64,000 bases of DNA. Source: a virus. The DNA is taken from the IMG/VR virus record IMGVR_UViG_3300042945_002791. One strand, given 5' to 3'. Every line of letters starts with the position of its first letter. The first letter of the stretch is position 1. This document shows, in pieces, positions 1-12,538 of this stretch. Position numbers and translations under genes: made by a program. The notes under the pieces are model-generated. The model made no database searches and was not told the origin of the DNA. It was given only the letters and a program-made list of their open reading frames with translations.

Positions 1-3000
1 CAACTGTTGCATTTAATGCAGAAGTCATTGGTCCCCAAGGACCAGTAAAATATTCTCCAGTTACTGGATAAGGTCTATCTTCATAATGCTTTCTTTCAAA
101 CTTATACGGATCTAGTGGCCTTAGTGGAGAGTAGTCATTATAGAATAAAGCTTTTTCTGCTGGACTTCCATAGGTGTCAGAAGTAAACATTGCCCCAGCT
201 TGAAGTTTTCTATACCAAGAAGGTCTGTAGTATTGTATTTTTCCACCTTCAAAAGGCGTATTTCCAAGTGGCCAGAATCTTCCCTGCCTAATTGGCACTT
301 CGCCTTCGGTTAATTGCTCCCTCTTTTCTTGGTATGACATTCCCCCTGGAGTAATTCCAGAAAATGCAGCTTGAACTTCAACTGCTCCAGTTGCAGCTGC
401 GCCCATAAAGAATGGGGAGTAGACCCTTTCTCCATATTGGTCTTTTTCGTTGACCATTCCACCCAGAGTCCTGTCGGCAGCCATTAGAGTAGAGCCACCT
501 GCAACTATCGGAAGAACTCTTTTGCCTACCATTCCCCTTGCAAAGAGATCCATTGGACCTCTATAGTTGTTTACATCAAGCTGCATCCCTAAAGTGCCAA
601 AATATTTATTAAGTCTTTCTACACCATGTCCAACAACTGCGCCAACTCCAGAATATGATGATGGATCAGAGTAAGTTGTAAAACCAAGTGCGCTTGCTAT
701 TGCACCAAAAGGGTTGTCAGCAAAAACTGTTCCAAATGTTGGAACAAATGTTGTTGATTGATTTGACCCAAGACCAGAAACTCCAGGGTTTTTTAATTGA
801 TAATCCGATACACCAAACTGTCTAGAAAAAGCTGGAACTATAGAAGAAAATGGTCTTCTAAGAGATGTGGTAACCTCTTTTGTTCTAGCCATTGCCATTG
901 GCTCTAATAGGCTTCTAAGTTCTGGAGTTGACCTTGCTCTGTTTATGGTTTCATGTAGTGCTGCAGTTGTATTGCCTAAAGAAGTTCTACCTGAAGCAAA
1001 CGTAGAGAAGGTTGAACCTGTGTATAAACTAGATAGTGCAGCTGCTTGTGCTTCAACTAATTCTGTAGAGCTTAATCTTCCTGCTTGATGTAAATCGGTA
1101 ATCGCTTTTGTTAAATCGATCAACGGATCTCTTGATGGAGCTCCAGTTCTTGCAGACTCTATCGCAGCGTTTCTTCTTCCTAAATAAAGGAATAGTTCGC
1201 TTTTTAGTTCATCAAGTTTTGTATTTAATGACGGTGATTTTGATCTTCTTGAAGACTCAGCCAATAAGTCAGCATCTCTTAGAAGCTGATCTACTCTTGA
1301 AAAAGAGCTTCTAACTTTTCCAGGAAGGCTACTTAATGTTCTATCTGTTCTCTTTAAGTCTTGAGCAAACTTGATTGCATCTTCTACGGTTCTTAACTCT
1401 GAAACATTCTTAATAACATTTCCAGTTTCACCTGGTCTTAGTCTTCTTTGTTTGAATTTAAATAGATCCTGTAATGTACTGTCATCTTTGACAGCTTCCA
1501 TAACTTTTTGTGAGAATCCAGATTCTTGTTGTTCTTGAAAGAATCTACTTGCTGCTCTAATAAAAGTTTCGTTATCAGCTAATTCTTTACCTGTTCTAGG
1601 ATCAACTACTTGAAATCTTGCGTTAGACCCTTCTCCGGAAATGTTTAATCTAAGTTCTCTTGAACCTATTTTTGCCGTGCCAGATTCTGATTTTAGAAGG
1701 TTTGCTATTACTGTTGGATTAAATACATCGATTCTTCTATTTCTAAATCTAGAAGCTAAAGAAAAAAGCGAAGAAGGCTGATCTTCCGCCAAATCCATAG
1801 CAGATCTCAATCTTTGAGTTAAGCTAAGTGGTCTACCTTCTTTGAAATCTTCATAAAGACCTTTAACGGTTTGAGATATTGTAGTTCCCGTAGACTCAAT
1901 CATGTCGCTTGCATATGCAGCTTGCCTTGTTATAAATCCTTGAGATAAGTTGTCTACTGGCCTATAAAATCCTTTTAGTCTATTTGCTTTTAATGCGCCT
2001 TCTTCATCATATGAATACGAAGTAACTGTTCCTTTTGATCTACTGAACATCGATCTTTTTGTTTGATATATAAAGAACTCTGCATTTTCTTGGCTAGCTG
2101 CTTCGCCAAAAGGTTGCACTCCACCACCTGGAACAAAATGTATAGGAGATTTCTTACTCATTCCCATCATTTGGTCTCTTGCAAAAAGACTATTTAGATT
2201 TATGTGAACAATCGGTACTTCAAACTCTGAACCAAAAAAGTTTCCAAGTCCCCTTAAGGTTCCAGTTAACTTTGTAAGGTCAACCATTTGACCGCTTCTA
2301 CTCGTATATAATCCATCTATTGAAGATGATCCTATAGAGGTAGAAACCGGATCGTTGAGGCCTAATCTTCTATTTATATTTAAAAGAACTTCTTGTTCTC
2401 TGTCTGACATATAGTTAAAGAACTTACGATCTCTTGCCTCATCAAAGGTTACTGGTCTTAAACCAAGAAAATTAAATCCGCCAGAACTAGTTGGTTGTGT
2501 AAGTTTTTTATTTTGAACCAAGAATGCTCTTAGAGAAGCAAAGTTGCTAGAATCTAATCCATTTCTTGCAAGTCCGTCTTCTATAATACTGGAAGAGACT
2601 CTTCTTCCGTTATCATCAATGAGTTTTATTCCTAATACTTGTGCGGATTTTCTTTGTAGATATTCTTTTTGTACAGAAGAAAGTTCTCCAGTAAAAGATT
2701 TGTAAGACTCATTTATTGGTTTTAGAAGACCTTCAGTATGATTTGTTAAATGATCTTCATAAAGAGTTTTCCATTGAGATCTCAGTTTTCTTGTTACTCC
2801 AGCTTGAAACTCTTTTTGTCTAAATTGATTATTAGCGTTTCTAATTGCTCTTTGTATTACATCGCCACTTAGTCCGCTATCCTCACCTAGACCTTTAATT
2901 CTTGCTGCTCGTGCTGCTACTTCTGCAAAGAAGTCTGGACCCTCTTTAAATATTTCATCCTTGCCAAATGATATTATTTGACTTTCATCAATTCTAGCTC

Positions 3001-4574
3001 CTGGTCTAGGAACTCTGTTAAGTCGCATTTGTTGCGAGAAAAGTTTTGCAGAGTTTTCACCTATGCCCTGATTAACTAGATGTTTTTCTACTTGACTTCT
3101 AAATTCTTTTCTTAATTGATCTTGAAAGAATTTGCTATCGTCTGATCTAAATCTGTTACCATAGCTATTGATACCACCCATTTGATCAGCTACTGTAGAA
3201 ACAAAGTTTGAAAGTCTACTACTGTGTAGATTTCTTATTCTTTCCATTTCTGGTCTTAATAACTGAGAGGCTCTTTCAGCCGTTTCCGTTGCTCCAGCAA
3301 CAGCTCCTTTTTTATCGACTAAATATTTTCCTATATTAGATCTAGCCTTGTCATAACTTATTGCTTGAGTTACAACATCATAAGCTTCTCCAGCTATTTT
3401 AAACTTTTCCCCAAACTCCATAAACCCAGTTTTTAGACCTCTAAAAGCTGGGATCATGTCTAGAAGACCGTATGCGGTACCATCTCCAAATGTATCTTTA
3501 TCGCCAAGAAATATTTTTTTTGCAAAACTATCTGTTATAGCAGTTCTATTTCTGTATGTTTGTGCTATTTGTCGAAAAACTTGCTGTTGAGTTGGTTGGT
3601 CATTTAAAGCTGCTGTGGTAGAACTATTAAACGCTGACGCAACTTGTGATGAAGTCCTAACAACCCTGTTAGTTACAGAAACTAGATCGTTACCGACTTC
3701 TTTTAGAACAGCATCCAGAGAAACGTATCTATTTTGAAGATTTTTTTCAAACTGACTAGTTGGAGCACTGTATAATTTAGTTGTTAAAGCTCTTCTAGCT
3801 GTAGATCCAGCAGCTCCAGCTATCTCTGTTGGCATTAAAACGCCGAAGGTATTTATTACAGATTGTTTAGCAAAGTCTGCAACAACATCAACAGGGTTAT
3901 ACCATTTAACTTTGTTTTCTGGATCGTTGTTTCCAAATAAAGGATCAGTAACAGCCCTTTGCGTTACATACATTGCAGGGAGCATGTAGGGCAGTTGACG
4001 AGCTCCGGCTTACTAGTTTTTGTTGTAACTGATCTCTAAAAGCATAAACAGCTGGTGGCTCACTAGTTAGGCCTGCTCTGGCTTGCCTAATTTCTTCATC
4101 GCTAAAATGCATTCCATAGCGATTATTTTTTAAAGCATTAGAGTAGCCTGTTGTTAAACCGCCTTCTGCGGTTTCAAGAACCAAATTATCATAGAAGTAG
4201 TCAGGATCTACGCCATCGCCAATCGACCTTGAGACGCCTTGTAGGGTGTCCATAACCCTTCTAAGTTCACCAACGCTCTCAACTGCCCTAGTTGAAAAGT
4301 TTGTTCTACCAGAGGCTCTGGCTGCTCTTGCAGAGTCATCTATAGTTTTTGCTAGTTTAAGGCCACCTTTACGAAATAAGGCTCCGGCTACACCCGCTCC
4401 AACAACAGCAGCCACGTTAGAGGCTACGAATCTCATAACAGGATGGCCGTTTAAAGCCCTACCTATAGCGCCAGAATTTGGACTTGGACCTTCTGATTCA
4501 CCCTCGTTAACGGGTACGTCCCTAGAGGTTACACCATGACCTAAGTTGGTAAGTGGACCTCTATCGCGTATCAA
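1..4574 (-). CDS. Tape-measure-like large virion protein, 3' end outside window; +1 shift at CGG 4005-4007
   Basis: TTG start at 4574 with GGAG upstream. The 0-frame stops at 3945. Skipping base 4007 gives ...KLVS-G-ARQLPYMLPAM..., which appears open to the window edge (no minus-strand ORF ends in 1-3945). Lies directly after the tail chaperones. Confidence 0.7.
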
Positions 4575-4589
4575 GTTTGTCTCCGTTTA

Positions 4590-5217
4590 TTATCCACCCC
4601 ATAGCTTCTGTGCTATTGGGTCGTTTATTCCAGCTGCTCCAGGCATCTTTGCCATATCGTGTCTTGCTGCTTTTGATTGTTCTTTTTCTTTTTCTTCTTC
4701 TGGGTCTATTAGCTCAAGCTTCAAATCATTAGGCTGTAGACCGTTCATCGTCTGTGTAATCTCTATTATTTTTTCAGCCAGAGCAACCTTTTCTGCTAAC
4801 TGAGAATAAGTTAGGTTGTCAAGATCTTCTGGGGTGTATGCACTTATAGTAGCCAGTACAAAGGCTTTCATTAAGCCTCTAACTTGACCTGCATCTTCTC
4901 TTTTTTGTTCGAGTATTTGTTTTGCTATTCTAGGACTTTTAAAGCCTGAAAAATTCAATATTTCTTGAGCAAGGCCGGCTTACAATGCCTGCTGGCATTC
5001 TATCTGGGTTGAAGTCCTCAGGGTAAACTACTGCCGTTTTTATTATTTCATCTTCAGCATCTACAGACGAACCATCTTGTAGATCCTGTAGTTCTATTAT
5101 TTTATCAAACTCTTTAAATGTTATTTCTCTAAATAAAACAGTATTACCCCTAATTTCCGCAGAAAATAGGGGTCCATACTTTTGTCTTAGTTCAAATAAC
5201 AAATCATTAGTTATCAT
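4590..5217 (-). CDS. Tail assembly chaperone paralogue 2 (~208 aa; +1 shift at CGG 4975-4977)
   Basis: Joining ORFs 4939-5217 and 4590-4958 gives PAGIVS-G-LAQEILNFSGF, which matches AGMPSLIAQEVLEASGF in the neighbouring paralogue. Lies between the tube genes and the tape measure. Confidence 0.7.
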
Positions 5218-5225
5218 TAATTATT

Positions 5226-5717
5226 TTATAACTGTCTAACCTCAAGCGCAACGAAGCCAGATGCTTCCAAAACTTCCTGCGCTATTAAGGAGGGCATTCC
5301 AGCCATTTCTCTATTTATGTCCTGTTTTTCGAATCCGGGATACAAAATACACATCTCTGCAATTGCTTCTTCATTCCACATATTTGCTTCAGCAGAAGTA
5401 AGTTGACCAGCTTGAACAAGCTGTTCCATCTTTTTAACAAGCTGCTTGTATTCATATCTAGAAAGTGTTCTCCAAACAATGTGCTTGTCAAAAGACAAAG
5501 AAGTTACATATACTTCTCCAAATTCTTTCTTCCACATTTTAATATGACCAGCGGTTGGCCCATCTGGCCAAATCTCTTCATCATCTGGAAGATCTTCTAC
5601 TTGAGTTTCTGTCTCTTGAATATCTTCTTCCGCTTCAATCATATTGATATCATCCTCGTGCATATCTTCTATGATTTCATCATTTGCTTCAACTCTAACT
5701 TTTCTTTGATTTGTCAT
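5226..5717 (-). CDS. Tail assembly chaperone-like protein
   Basis: Acidic 163 aa protein with WKKEFGEVY...WRTLSR.EY motif; synteny upstream of the tape measure. Confidence 0.65.
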   Translation of the reverse strand: MTNQRKVRVEANDEIIEDMHEDDINMIEAEEDIQETETQVEDLPDDEEIWPDGPTAGHIKMWKKEFGEVYVTSLSFDKHIVWRTLSRYEYKQLVKKMEQLVQAGQLTSAEANMWNEEAIAEMCILYPGFEKQDINREMAGMPSLIAQEVLEASGFVALEVRQL

Positions 5718-5794
5718 TTTTATCTCCTGTAACTTGATCTATAGACATAGTGATATTATCACATTTTTTACTTTAAAACAATATTATTAATAAT

Positions 5795-6845
5795 TTAATT
5801 AACAACAACTCTGCCAGCTCCACCACCGCTAGTCTGCGTATTTGGAGATGAAGATGTACCAGAATTGGAACCTGTTGGTTGTGTAGCTGGATCTACATTA
5901 ATATTAGCAAGAGGATTAGTTGATTCGTCTGCCAAAGTGAAGTATATATCTCTAGCTAAAAAGCTATATGCTTCTTGAAGTGGGGCTCCAGTTGTATCAT
6001 ATCCCGTAGCCATATTTAAAAGTTGAACATTTTGTAAGACTATCTTCATGGGCACTTTTTGATTACTGATTTTTGTTAACCTGGTGTTATGATCTGTTGA
6101 TAGTATTCTATCTAAATTGTCTTTTGTATTCATTCCATTTGGAGACTGTTGAGCGCCTTTACTAACTAATCCATTTTCTTGAATTCCATAAATTATTACA
6201 AGATTAAATGGTGGATGAGCGCTAAAGATATGCTTATTTGCCCCAGGATAAACTCCGTTGAGCAGCTGGATCAGTTGTTATCCTGTCTAACTGAGACCTT
6301 GCCCAATATTTCTGTATATTAATTTCATCTTCGGCTGATTCATATGCGGAAGATAATGTTGAAATTACATGATCTGGAGCATTTTTTTTGCCAACACTTT
6401 CAGATCTTATTCTAGCTGCCTTCTCTAAAAGCTCAGTCATTCTTCTTGGATGCTTGGTGTACATAGCAAATTGTCCTGAAACTATTCTAGTTCCATACAT
6501 TATCGCATCATAATTATATGACCAAAAACCATACAAAGGCTGTTTTTCTTGGTTGATTGAAAAATTAAGTCCACTTAATTCCAACTCATCAGATGGATCA
6601 AATAGACCGTCTATATAAATTTTAACATCTTCTCCACTAAAATAATAATCATAATAAGATGAAAATCTATTATCTTCTCTTGATGATCCACCCCAAATTA
6701 GATCAATATTCTTATCAAGCGGATCAAAGCTGTTACTGGCAAAAGGAAATCCTCTATTTCTTCCGTTTTCAGATATAACACCATCTGGTATATATCCACT
6801 AAATGGCTTATAGGGTGCTGTAAACTTTGAGTCTTCCGTAGGCAT
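5795..6845 (-). CDS. Tail tube-family virion protein paralogue 3 (~349 aa; +1 shift at CGG 6255-6257)
   Basis: FSGEDV...QEKQPLYG...GTRIVSG N-half. The shift restores HPPFNLVIIY, matching LPPFDVVLTF and IPPFDITVTF in the two upstream paralogues, and runs into ORF 5795-6133. Confidence 0.7.
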
Positions 6846-6857
6846 GTTGTATTCCTT

Positions 6858-7652
6858 TTATGGCTTTATAACTTTATCAACAACATTTCTGTATTCAGAT
6901 AATTTGTTTCCAAAAAATTCTTCAGAAATTGCTTTTGAATTGACTTCTTTTTCAATGTCTTCAGGGTAAGTGAAGTCGTCTGTTGGATCGTAATGTATTA
7001 ATGGCTGTATTCCTCTAGCCATATAAGTGTATGTTTGCTCTGTGATTAGGTCGTCAATAGACATTGTCTGACCTTCGTCAACTATGGTTAAACCATATAT
7101 TTTCATTTTACCATATAAACCATACTCATTAAAGAATGTTAAAACAACATCAAAAGGCGGAAGCATGTCGGCTAGCGGAGCATAACCTAGGAGGGCCAGT
7201 TTTCTCTTAAATTGTTTAATTCTATAAAATGCGTATTCATTAAATACGGTAAAGATTAATGATCCAGCTATTGTTCTTGGGCCTTTAACAAAACCTCTTG
7301 GGTTAACGTGTCCCAATGTTCTTACAGGAGTGTTTTCTCTGTGCATAGAGTATGAGATTGTTTGCAGTTCTGCGAGCTCAATAACGTCTCCAGTAGAACC
7401 TACTTCTCCATCTTCCAATATATCTGGTATAACTAAGGTTGCATTAATGTCAACGCCAGCAAAAGACATATTCGAAAAAGGATCTGGAAGACCTTTTTCT
7501 CTTCTATATTTTTTTACACTATCTTCATATTCCATTTTTCTTTCAGTGGAATACTTTTTTGATATATCAATACTTCCAGGAATAATAATACTTGAACTTT
7601 GTGGATCTACGGCCCTGAAGGATCCAAAGTTTACATCGGGTATGTCTGGCAT
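6858..7652 (-). CDS. Tail tube-family virion protein paralogue 2
   Basis: SFAGVDI...ISYSMHRE.TPVRTLGHVNPRGFVKGPRTIAGSLIFTVF; clearly similar to 7731-8423. Confidence 0.7.
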   Translation of the reverse strand: MPDIPDVNFGSFRAVDPQSSSIIIPGSIDISKKYSTERKMEYEDSVKKYRREKGLPDPFSNMSFAGVDINATLVIPDILEDGEVGSTGDVIELAELQTISYSMHRENTPVRTLGHVNPRGFVKGPRTIAGSLIFTVFNEYAFYRIKQFKRKLALLGYAPLADMLPPFDVVLTFFNEYGLYGKMKIYGLTIVDEGQTMSIDDLITEQTYTYMARGIQPLIHYDPTDDFTYPEDIEKEVNSKAISEEFFGNKLSEYRNVVDKVIKP

Positions 7653-7667
7653 GTGTTAGTCTCCTTA

Positions 7668-7706
7668 ATTAAAGAGCAGGTGTGAAGGAATCCCTCACAC
7701 CTGCTC
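7668..7706 (-). terminator. Intrinsic terminator after the tail tube gene
   Basis: 12-bp perfect stem GAGCAGGTGTGA/TCACACCTGCTC followed by TTTAATT on the minus strand. Confidence 0.7.
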
Positions 7707-7730
7707 TCAACGACTAATAAAGGTTAGTAA

Positions 7731-8423
7731 CTATGGTCTGATAATGTCAGGATTCAATCTTGACTGCTTGACGGCGTCTCTTGAAATGATGTCACCAAGA
7801 TTGTCTGTATTGAATCTAAACAACTGATCATTAGCAATAGTATACATGGGACCAAGCTCTCTTGCAACGTAGGTCATTGTTTCTTCAATAACGATATCGT
7901 CCATCGAAGCACCAGAACCTTCGTTAAGAAGTTCAACTCCATATATTGATCTTGCTGCTGCTTGACCATATTCGTTTACAAATGTGACTGTAATGTCAAA
8001 AGGTGGAATTTGGTCTGCATAAAATGGGACTTTGCTAACAACGTCTCTTGTTTGATCGGTAAATTCAGCAATACCTCTTCTATGGTTTGTGTCTCCAGGA
8101 AGAGTGTTATGAGCTCTTGTAAAGAACTTCATAGCAGTTGATGGATCCTTACTGTTTCTGTCAAGCATTGTGTACAATGCTGGTCTATCAAATACAGTGA
8201 AGATTAATGATCCTGCAATACCTCTTTTGCCTCTTGAGAAAGACCTTGGGTTGGGTGAACCCATTGTATAAATTGGGGCTTTTTCTCTTGTTACTGAAAA
8301 TGTAATTCCAGAAAGAGCACCTATTTCAACGCCACCAAAAGTGGCAACAATATCTGCTCCAGAAAACGTGGTGTAAGTATTTAAATACTTGTTTACTGGG
8401 CTATCGTAGTATTCTCCAGCCAT
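7731..8423 (-). CDS. Tail tube protein
   Basis: TFSGADIVATF...REKAPIYTMG..NPRSFSRGKRGIAGSLIFTVFD; directly follows the sheath gene; GGAGG RBS; followed by a terminator. Confidence 0.75.
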   Translation of the reverse strand: MAGEYYDSPVNKYLNTYTTFSGADIVATFGGVEIGALSGITFSVTREKAPIYTMGSPNPRSFSRGKRGIAGSLIFTVFDRPALYTMLDRNSKDPSTAMKFFTRAHNTLPGDTNHRRGIAEFTDQTRDVVSKVPFYADQIPPFDITVTFVNEYGQAAARSIYGVELLNEGSGASMDDIVIEETMTYVARELGPMYTIANDQLFRFNTDNLGDIISRDAVKQSRLNPDIIRP

Positions 8424-8451
8424 TTGAACCCTCCAGTTCTATTCGGTTATA

Positions 8452-9738
8452 TTAGGCTAAGTTTACTGACAAACGAACTTCAATTGATTTGAGTTCGAAT
8501 GCCGGGGTTACTACGAGGTCAATGATCGCCTTGTTTTCATTTGGAATATACGAAACCGCAAAGTCCGCATCCAGCAAGGCACCTAGTGTCATCATACCGC
8601 GTAGTGCTGATGTAATAGCTGTTTCCATCGAGTTTCTAACTTGAATGGTAGAAGCTTCACCAACAAACTTCTGACATACTTGACGAATAAGAAGCGAAGC
8701 TTCGCTTATAATTCTCATTGTAGAAATTCTAGTATAGTCAGATGTAGCAGAAGCGCTTGTAATACCTTCTGCAAAAATTGGAACTCTGTTGAAGTTCAAG
8801 GCAACTGCGTTAATGGCTTTGTTGCTAAGCGAGGCCTGAAGAGTTCTTGTTGGGTTATATCTCATTGTGGCTATATTGTACAAAACCTTATTTGAAGGTG
8901 ATGTATATGAAGCCATTCTGGTTAATGCTCCAGCAAGTGATGCTGCACCGTTTGTGTAACCCCAAGTACTCTTATATCCTGAAGGAATAAGTTCAGCTGC
9001 TACGACAAAAACGTGCCTTCCGACTTCTGCTAATCTAGTGTAAATAGTATTTCCGCCCGAATCTGTTGTTGGGACGTCTATATCTTCTTCTCTATCAGCT
9101 AAATTAGTAAGAGCAAGGTGAGTTGCAACGTTAGCTGCTGTCATGACCTCTGAGGTGCCATAGTATGGCTTAATGCCCATGACTGCAAAAGTTGGATGAG
9201 AGTTTGCTGAAATATCTGCACATGCTCTTGCAACGCGTGCAAGCATTGACTTATCAACCGTAGTTGTATCGTCAGCGTAGAAACCAAACTCTGCGTCGTT
9301 TCCTGGCGTTGCTGGACTTTCCCAGTCAAGAGGATGTCCACCTCTACCCCAAGGTACGATAATGTCTGGAAGAATTGATTCAGCAGCAAGGAATGCTGCG
9401 TCAAAAACACTGGATCCACCAGATGTTATATCTGCCTGAATAGAGGAAGTTCCTCTAACAAAAACAGTATTTGACGGAAGTGGTACTATAAAGATTCTCT
9501 CAGCGCCGGCTGAAACAAGTTCAACATATGCTCTGTGACAATCTGAGTCTTCTCCAAAAGCAGTGATAACATCGGCTTCATTGCTTACCTGGACCGAATC
9601 AAGGTCTGGAACATTACCTGTTCCTGATGCGGTACCTCTTTTCGCAATTACAGCTACTCTTGGGCCAACCGGAAGGTCTTGGCGAGAGATACTATAAAAG
9701 CGATCTTTAATTATTGTCTTTACACCAGGAATAGCCAT
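8452..9738 (-). CDS. Tail sheath protein
   Basis: MAIPGV N-terminus; sheath-like C-terminus (YTRISTMRII...KFVGE...IIDLVVTPAFELKSIEV); GGAGG RBS. Confidence 0.8.
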   Translation of the reverse strand: MAIPGVKTIIKDRFYSISRQDLPVGPRVAVIAKRGTASGTGNVPDLDSVQVSNEADVITAFGEDSDCHRAYVELVSAGAERIFIVPLPSNTVFVRGTSSIQADITSGGSSVFDAAFLAAESILPDIIVPWGRGGHPLDWESPATPGNDAEFGFYADDTTTVDKSMLARVARACADISANSHPTFAVMGIKPYYGTSEVMTAANVATHLALTNLADREEDIDVPTTDSGGNTIYTRLAEVGRHVFVVAAELIPSGYKSTWGYTNGAASLAGALTRMASYTSPSNKVLYNIATMRYNPTRTLQASLSNKAINAVALNFNRVPIFAEGITSASATSDYTRISTMRIISEASLLIRQVCQKFVGEASTIQVRNSMETAITSALRGMMTLGALLDADFAVSYIPNENKAIIDLVVTPAFELKSIEVRLSVNLA

Positions 9739-9817
9739 CGAGCTTTAACCTCCAAAATCGGTATATAAAATTTAAATTCAAACATATAGTAACAACATAG
9801 TTATAAAAACAACTACA

Positions 9818-10549
9818 TTATTGATTTGGGGTAGCAGATTGATATAGGTCTATTAAATTAATTTCTACATTTTCATAATTTGGAGTAGCTGGTACAGTAT
9901 TATTAATCTCTGTAGCCATATACCTTCTGACGTCTACAACAATTTTCTCTATCTTTCCAACTGTTGTTGCGATTAATTTTTCTGTTGTCAACATATAGGT
10001 TACGGTTCTAGTGCATACGTCTATGCCATTTCTGTTAGATTTTGAGTCTGACATTCTTCTAGAATAAACAAATTCTGAAGCTCCTAATCTTTTAAAAACA
10101 GGAGTATGTTCTAACATAAAGTCTTCAAAAAGTTCTATTATTCTATCCGCTACCTCTGCACCTATGTAACCTGGATTTTCATCTCCTGCTACATCTGCCC
10201 TATTAGCTCTAGTGTGTACGCTAAAGGAAACTATATTTTGGAATCTTTGACCAAATATTATTTCCTGAGCATCTCTCGGCATATGCCTTGTTCTTGGTTT
10301 TGGCTCTACTGTATGAGTTCTTTTTAATTCTAGTTTATATGTTATTACAGGAAATGCGGTATATTGCCCCCCTGCTTCTGGCTCAATTGGAATTTGCGGA
10401 TAGGCATTTTCCCATAAGGCCTTAACTAAAGCTATGAATTCTATGTAAGTAAGATTGCCAGCAGCCTGTAACGGATCTCCCGTATACATTCTATTGGTAA
10501 TAACATCATTTTCATTTATTCCTGGAAAACCGAATGCATTCTGTGGCAT
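9818..10549 (-). CDS. Tail completion/terminator-like protein
   Basis: 243 aa; FPVITYKL motif; position between neck and sheath genes. Confidence 0.5.
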   Translation of the reverse strand: MPQNAFGFPGINENDVITNRMYTGDPLQAAGNLTYIEFIALVKALWENAYPQIPIEPEAGGQYTAFPVITYKLELKRTHTVEPKPRTRHMPRDAQEIIFGQRFQNIVSFSVHTRANRADVAGDENPGYIGAEVADRIIELFEDFMLEHTPVFKRLGASEFVYSRRMSDSKSNRNGIDVCTRTVTYMLTTEKLIATTVGKIEKIVVDVRRYMATEINNTVPATPNYENVEINLIDLYQSATPNQ

Positions 10550-10550
10550 G

Positions 10551-12537
10551 TTACGCTCCTGGTCCTGCTACGATTCCAAAGTTTATTCTTTTTAGAGTGT
10601 GAGGAGAGACTACATCAATTTCTATGTAAAAATTTCCTCTTTTTCTTTTATCCGCAAACATTTCAAATCTATAGTCCTTTATTATTGATGGGGTTGATGC
10701 TTTTAACATCTTAAACATTCCAGTGAGTCTTTCGCTAATGATGTCATGAGAGAACTTCCCTGATGAAGATGAAGCTATTGATAGAACCTCATTCATTATC
10801 ATCGCTACCAATCTTACTTGAGGAAGATTGGCTAGACTTGAGCCTTCTTTTGCTAAAGTCTTATCATCAGATATTAAAATTTGAAATGGTATTGCTCTTC
10901 TTGTTCTATTGCTTTTAATCATTGTATTGATTTTATTATTATGAATCCTAGCAACTTGCAAAGATGTCATCTCAACTCCAACTGGAGAATAGCCGCCTTT
11001 TAATGCTTTTCTATTTAAACCTAAATATACTGGCCAGTTTGAAATTTGACCCGCAATTGCCGAAGCAATACTTGAGGTAAATGTTAAGCCCATGTTTGGA
11101 TAATTAAATACTGCCTCTCCATAATAAAGAAGAATATGTCGACCCACGTCTAATACACTTCCATCAGAAGCTAGATAACTTGGCGTAGCACTTTGTTCAT
11201 CTTTTAAGAAATTATTCCAATAGCCTTTTTGTGACATTGTTTCAATGTCTTGAATATTTGCGCCGTTTGTTCTTGAACCGATGATTCCTATTACCATAGT
11301 TGAAGAGTTGGTATAGAAAAAGCTACAGAAGTCTGCAAGCTGTCTTACAAAATTAACATTTTCACACCTTATAAAGGAAACCCCAACTGGAACAACTATG
11401 TCAATAAAATCAAAATTTTTTGCTATTTCATAAGAATCTTCTAATCTTTCATAATATTTTTCATAAAAGCTTAGAGTAGATGGAGTTGCCTGTTTAGTCG
11501 TAACAAATGATGCTATTGGAGAATTTAGATTATTATAGTCTTCAACGTACTCACTCATTGGTGCAGAAATCATTATGTAGATATCCTGACATCCTGCGCC
11601 ATAGCAATTGATTACTGCTCTCAAAAGAGGTGACCTTGTATCTCCATTTAGTGCATCTATTGCATCTTGTAGAGATTGTATTCTTTTTAGTTGATTTATT
11701 TGTAATGTAGATGAGTCAGCGTGCCCTATTAGTAGTACTGAATTAGTTGCAAATGGTTGAAGTGGTTGAAAGTTTGGATTTAAACCGCCGATTCCCGATA
11801 TGGGAGGCTGACCAGCAACAACTACTGGACCAGAAGATTTATCTCTGTATACACTTCCAGTTGGTACTACTGAAGTTCTTTGTGTTTCAATATCATCTTC
11901 TACAAAAACCGAAAACCTATAATTATTTTCTATGGAACGAACTGTTTTAACTCCATCAAAATAGTTGTCTACACCAGAAATGTTTACGATCTCTTCAACC
12001 TTAAGACTATGCGGTTCTGCTGAAGACAAGAAACCAATATTTTCAAAAATTTCTTTTTCAATGATTTTTATTGGACCAGATGTAGCTTTATCTTTAACAT
12101 AAAAAATTAACTCTCGTATCTCTCTTGTTTCTGAAATACTGGTTTCTAAAACAACTGTATATTTACCAGGAAATAAGTTTTCTGGTATTTTATAAACAAA
12201 AGTATAAATTCCTTCAGAATCTCTTGTTATATAATTGTATTGAAGTTGATTTTTTGTATCTGGATTTATATTAAATTGAGTTGCAATTGCGAGACCATAG
12301 TCTGGTGTTGCTGACTGTGCGTTATATGAAAAGGGGCCATCTGCAACTCCGCCCGCCGCCAGCGTCACCTTTGTTGATATATATTAATATATCATTTTGT
12401 CCAGATCCATAATACGGCGTTGCATCGCCGTTTCTGGTTGACCAATTTGGATCAATAGTAATTGGATCATAAAAGTCAGAATCCAAACTGAATATAAACT
12501 TAAAATTTACTATTTCACCATTAAAATATGTAGACAT
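10551..12537 (-). CDS. Second sheath-like protein with N-terminal extension (~661 aa; +1 shift at CGG 12349-12351)
   Basis: ATG at 12537 (MSTYFNGE...). Skipping base 12351 joins ORF 10551-12368. C-terminus (QVRLVAMI...YIEIDVVSPHTLKRI) resembles the sheath C-terminus. Confidence 0.6.
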
Positions 12538-12538
12538 C

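Noticed and set aside
867-1314. Plus-strand ORFs at 867 and 1108, and similar short antisense ORFs elsewhere (e.g. 4246, 32278, 34281, 55059)
   Set aside because: Shadows of long minus-strand genes, with no RBS or recognisable motifs.
6234-6250. Dcm-site (CCWGG) or homopolymer error as the common cause of the breaks
   Set aside because: Most of the 14 sites have no CCWGG, and in most the extra base does not extend a homopolymer. Only CGG is shared. A modification-linked basecalling error is still not excluded.
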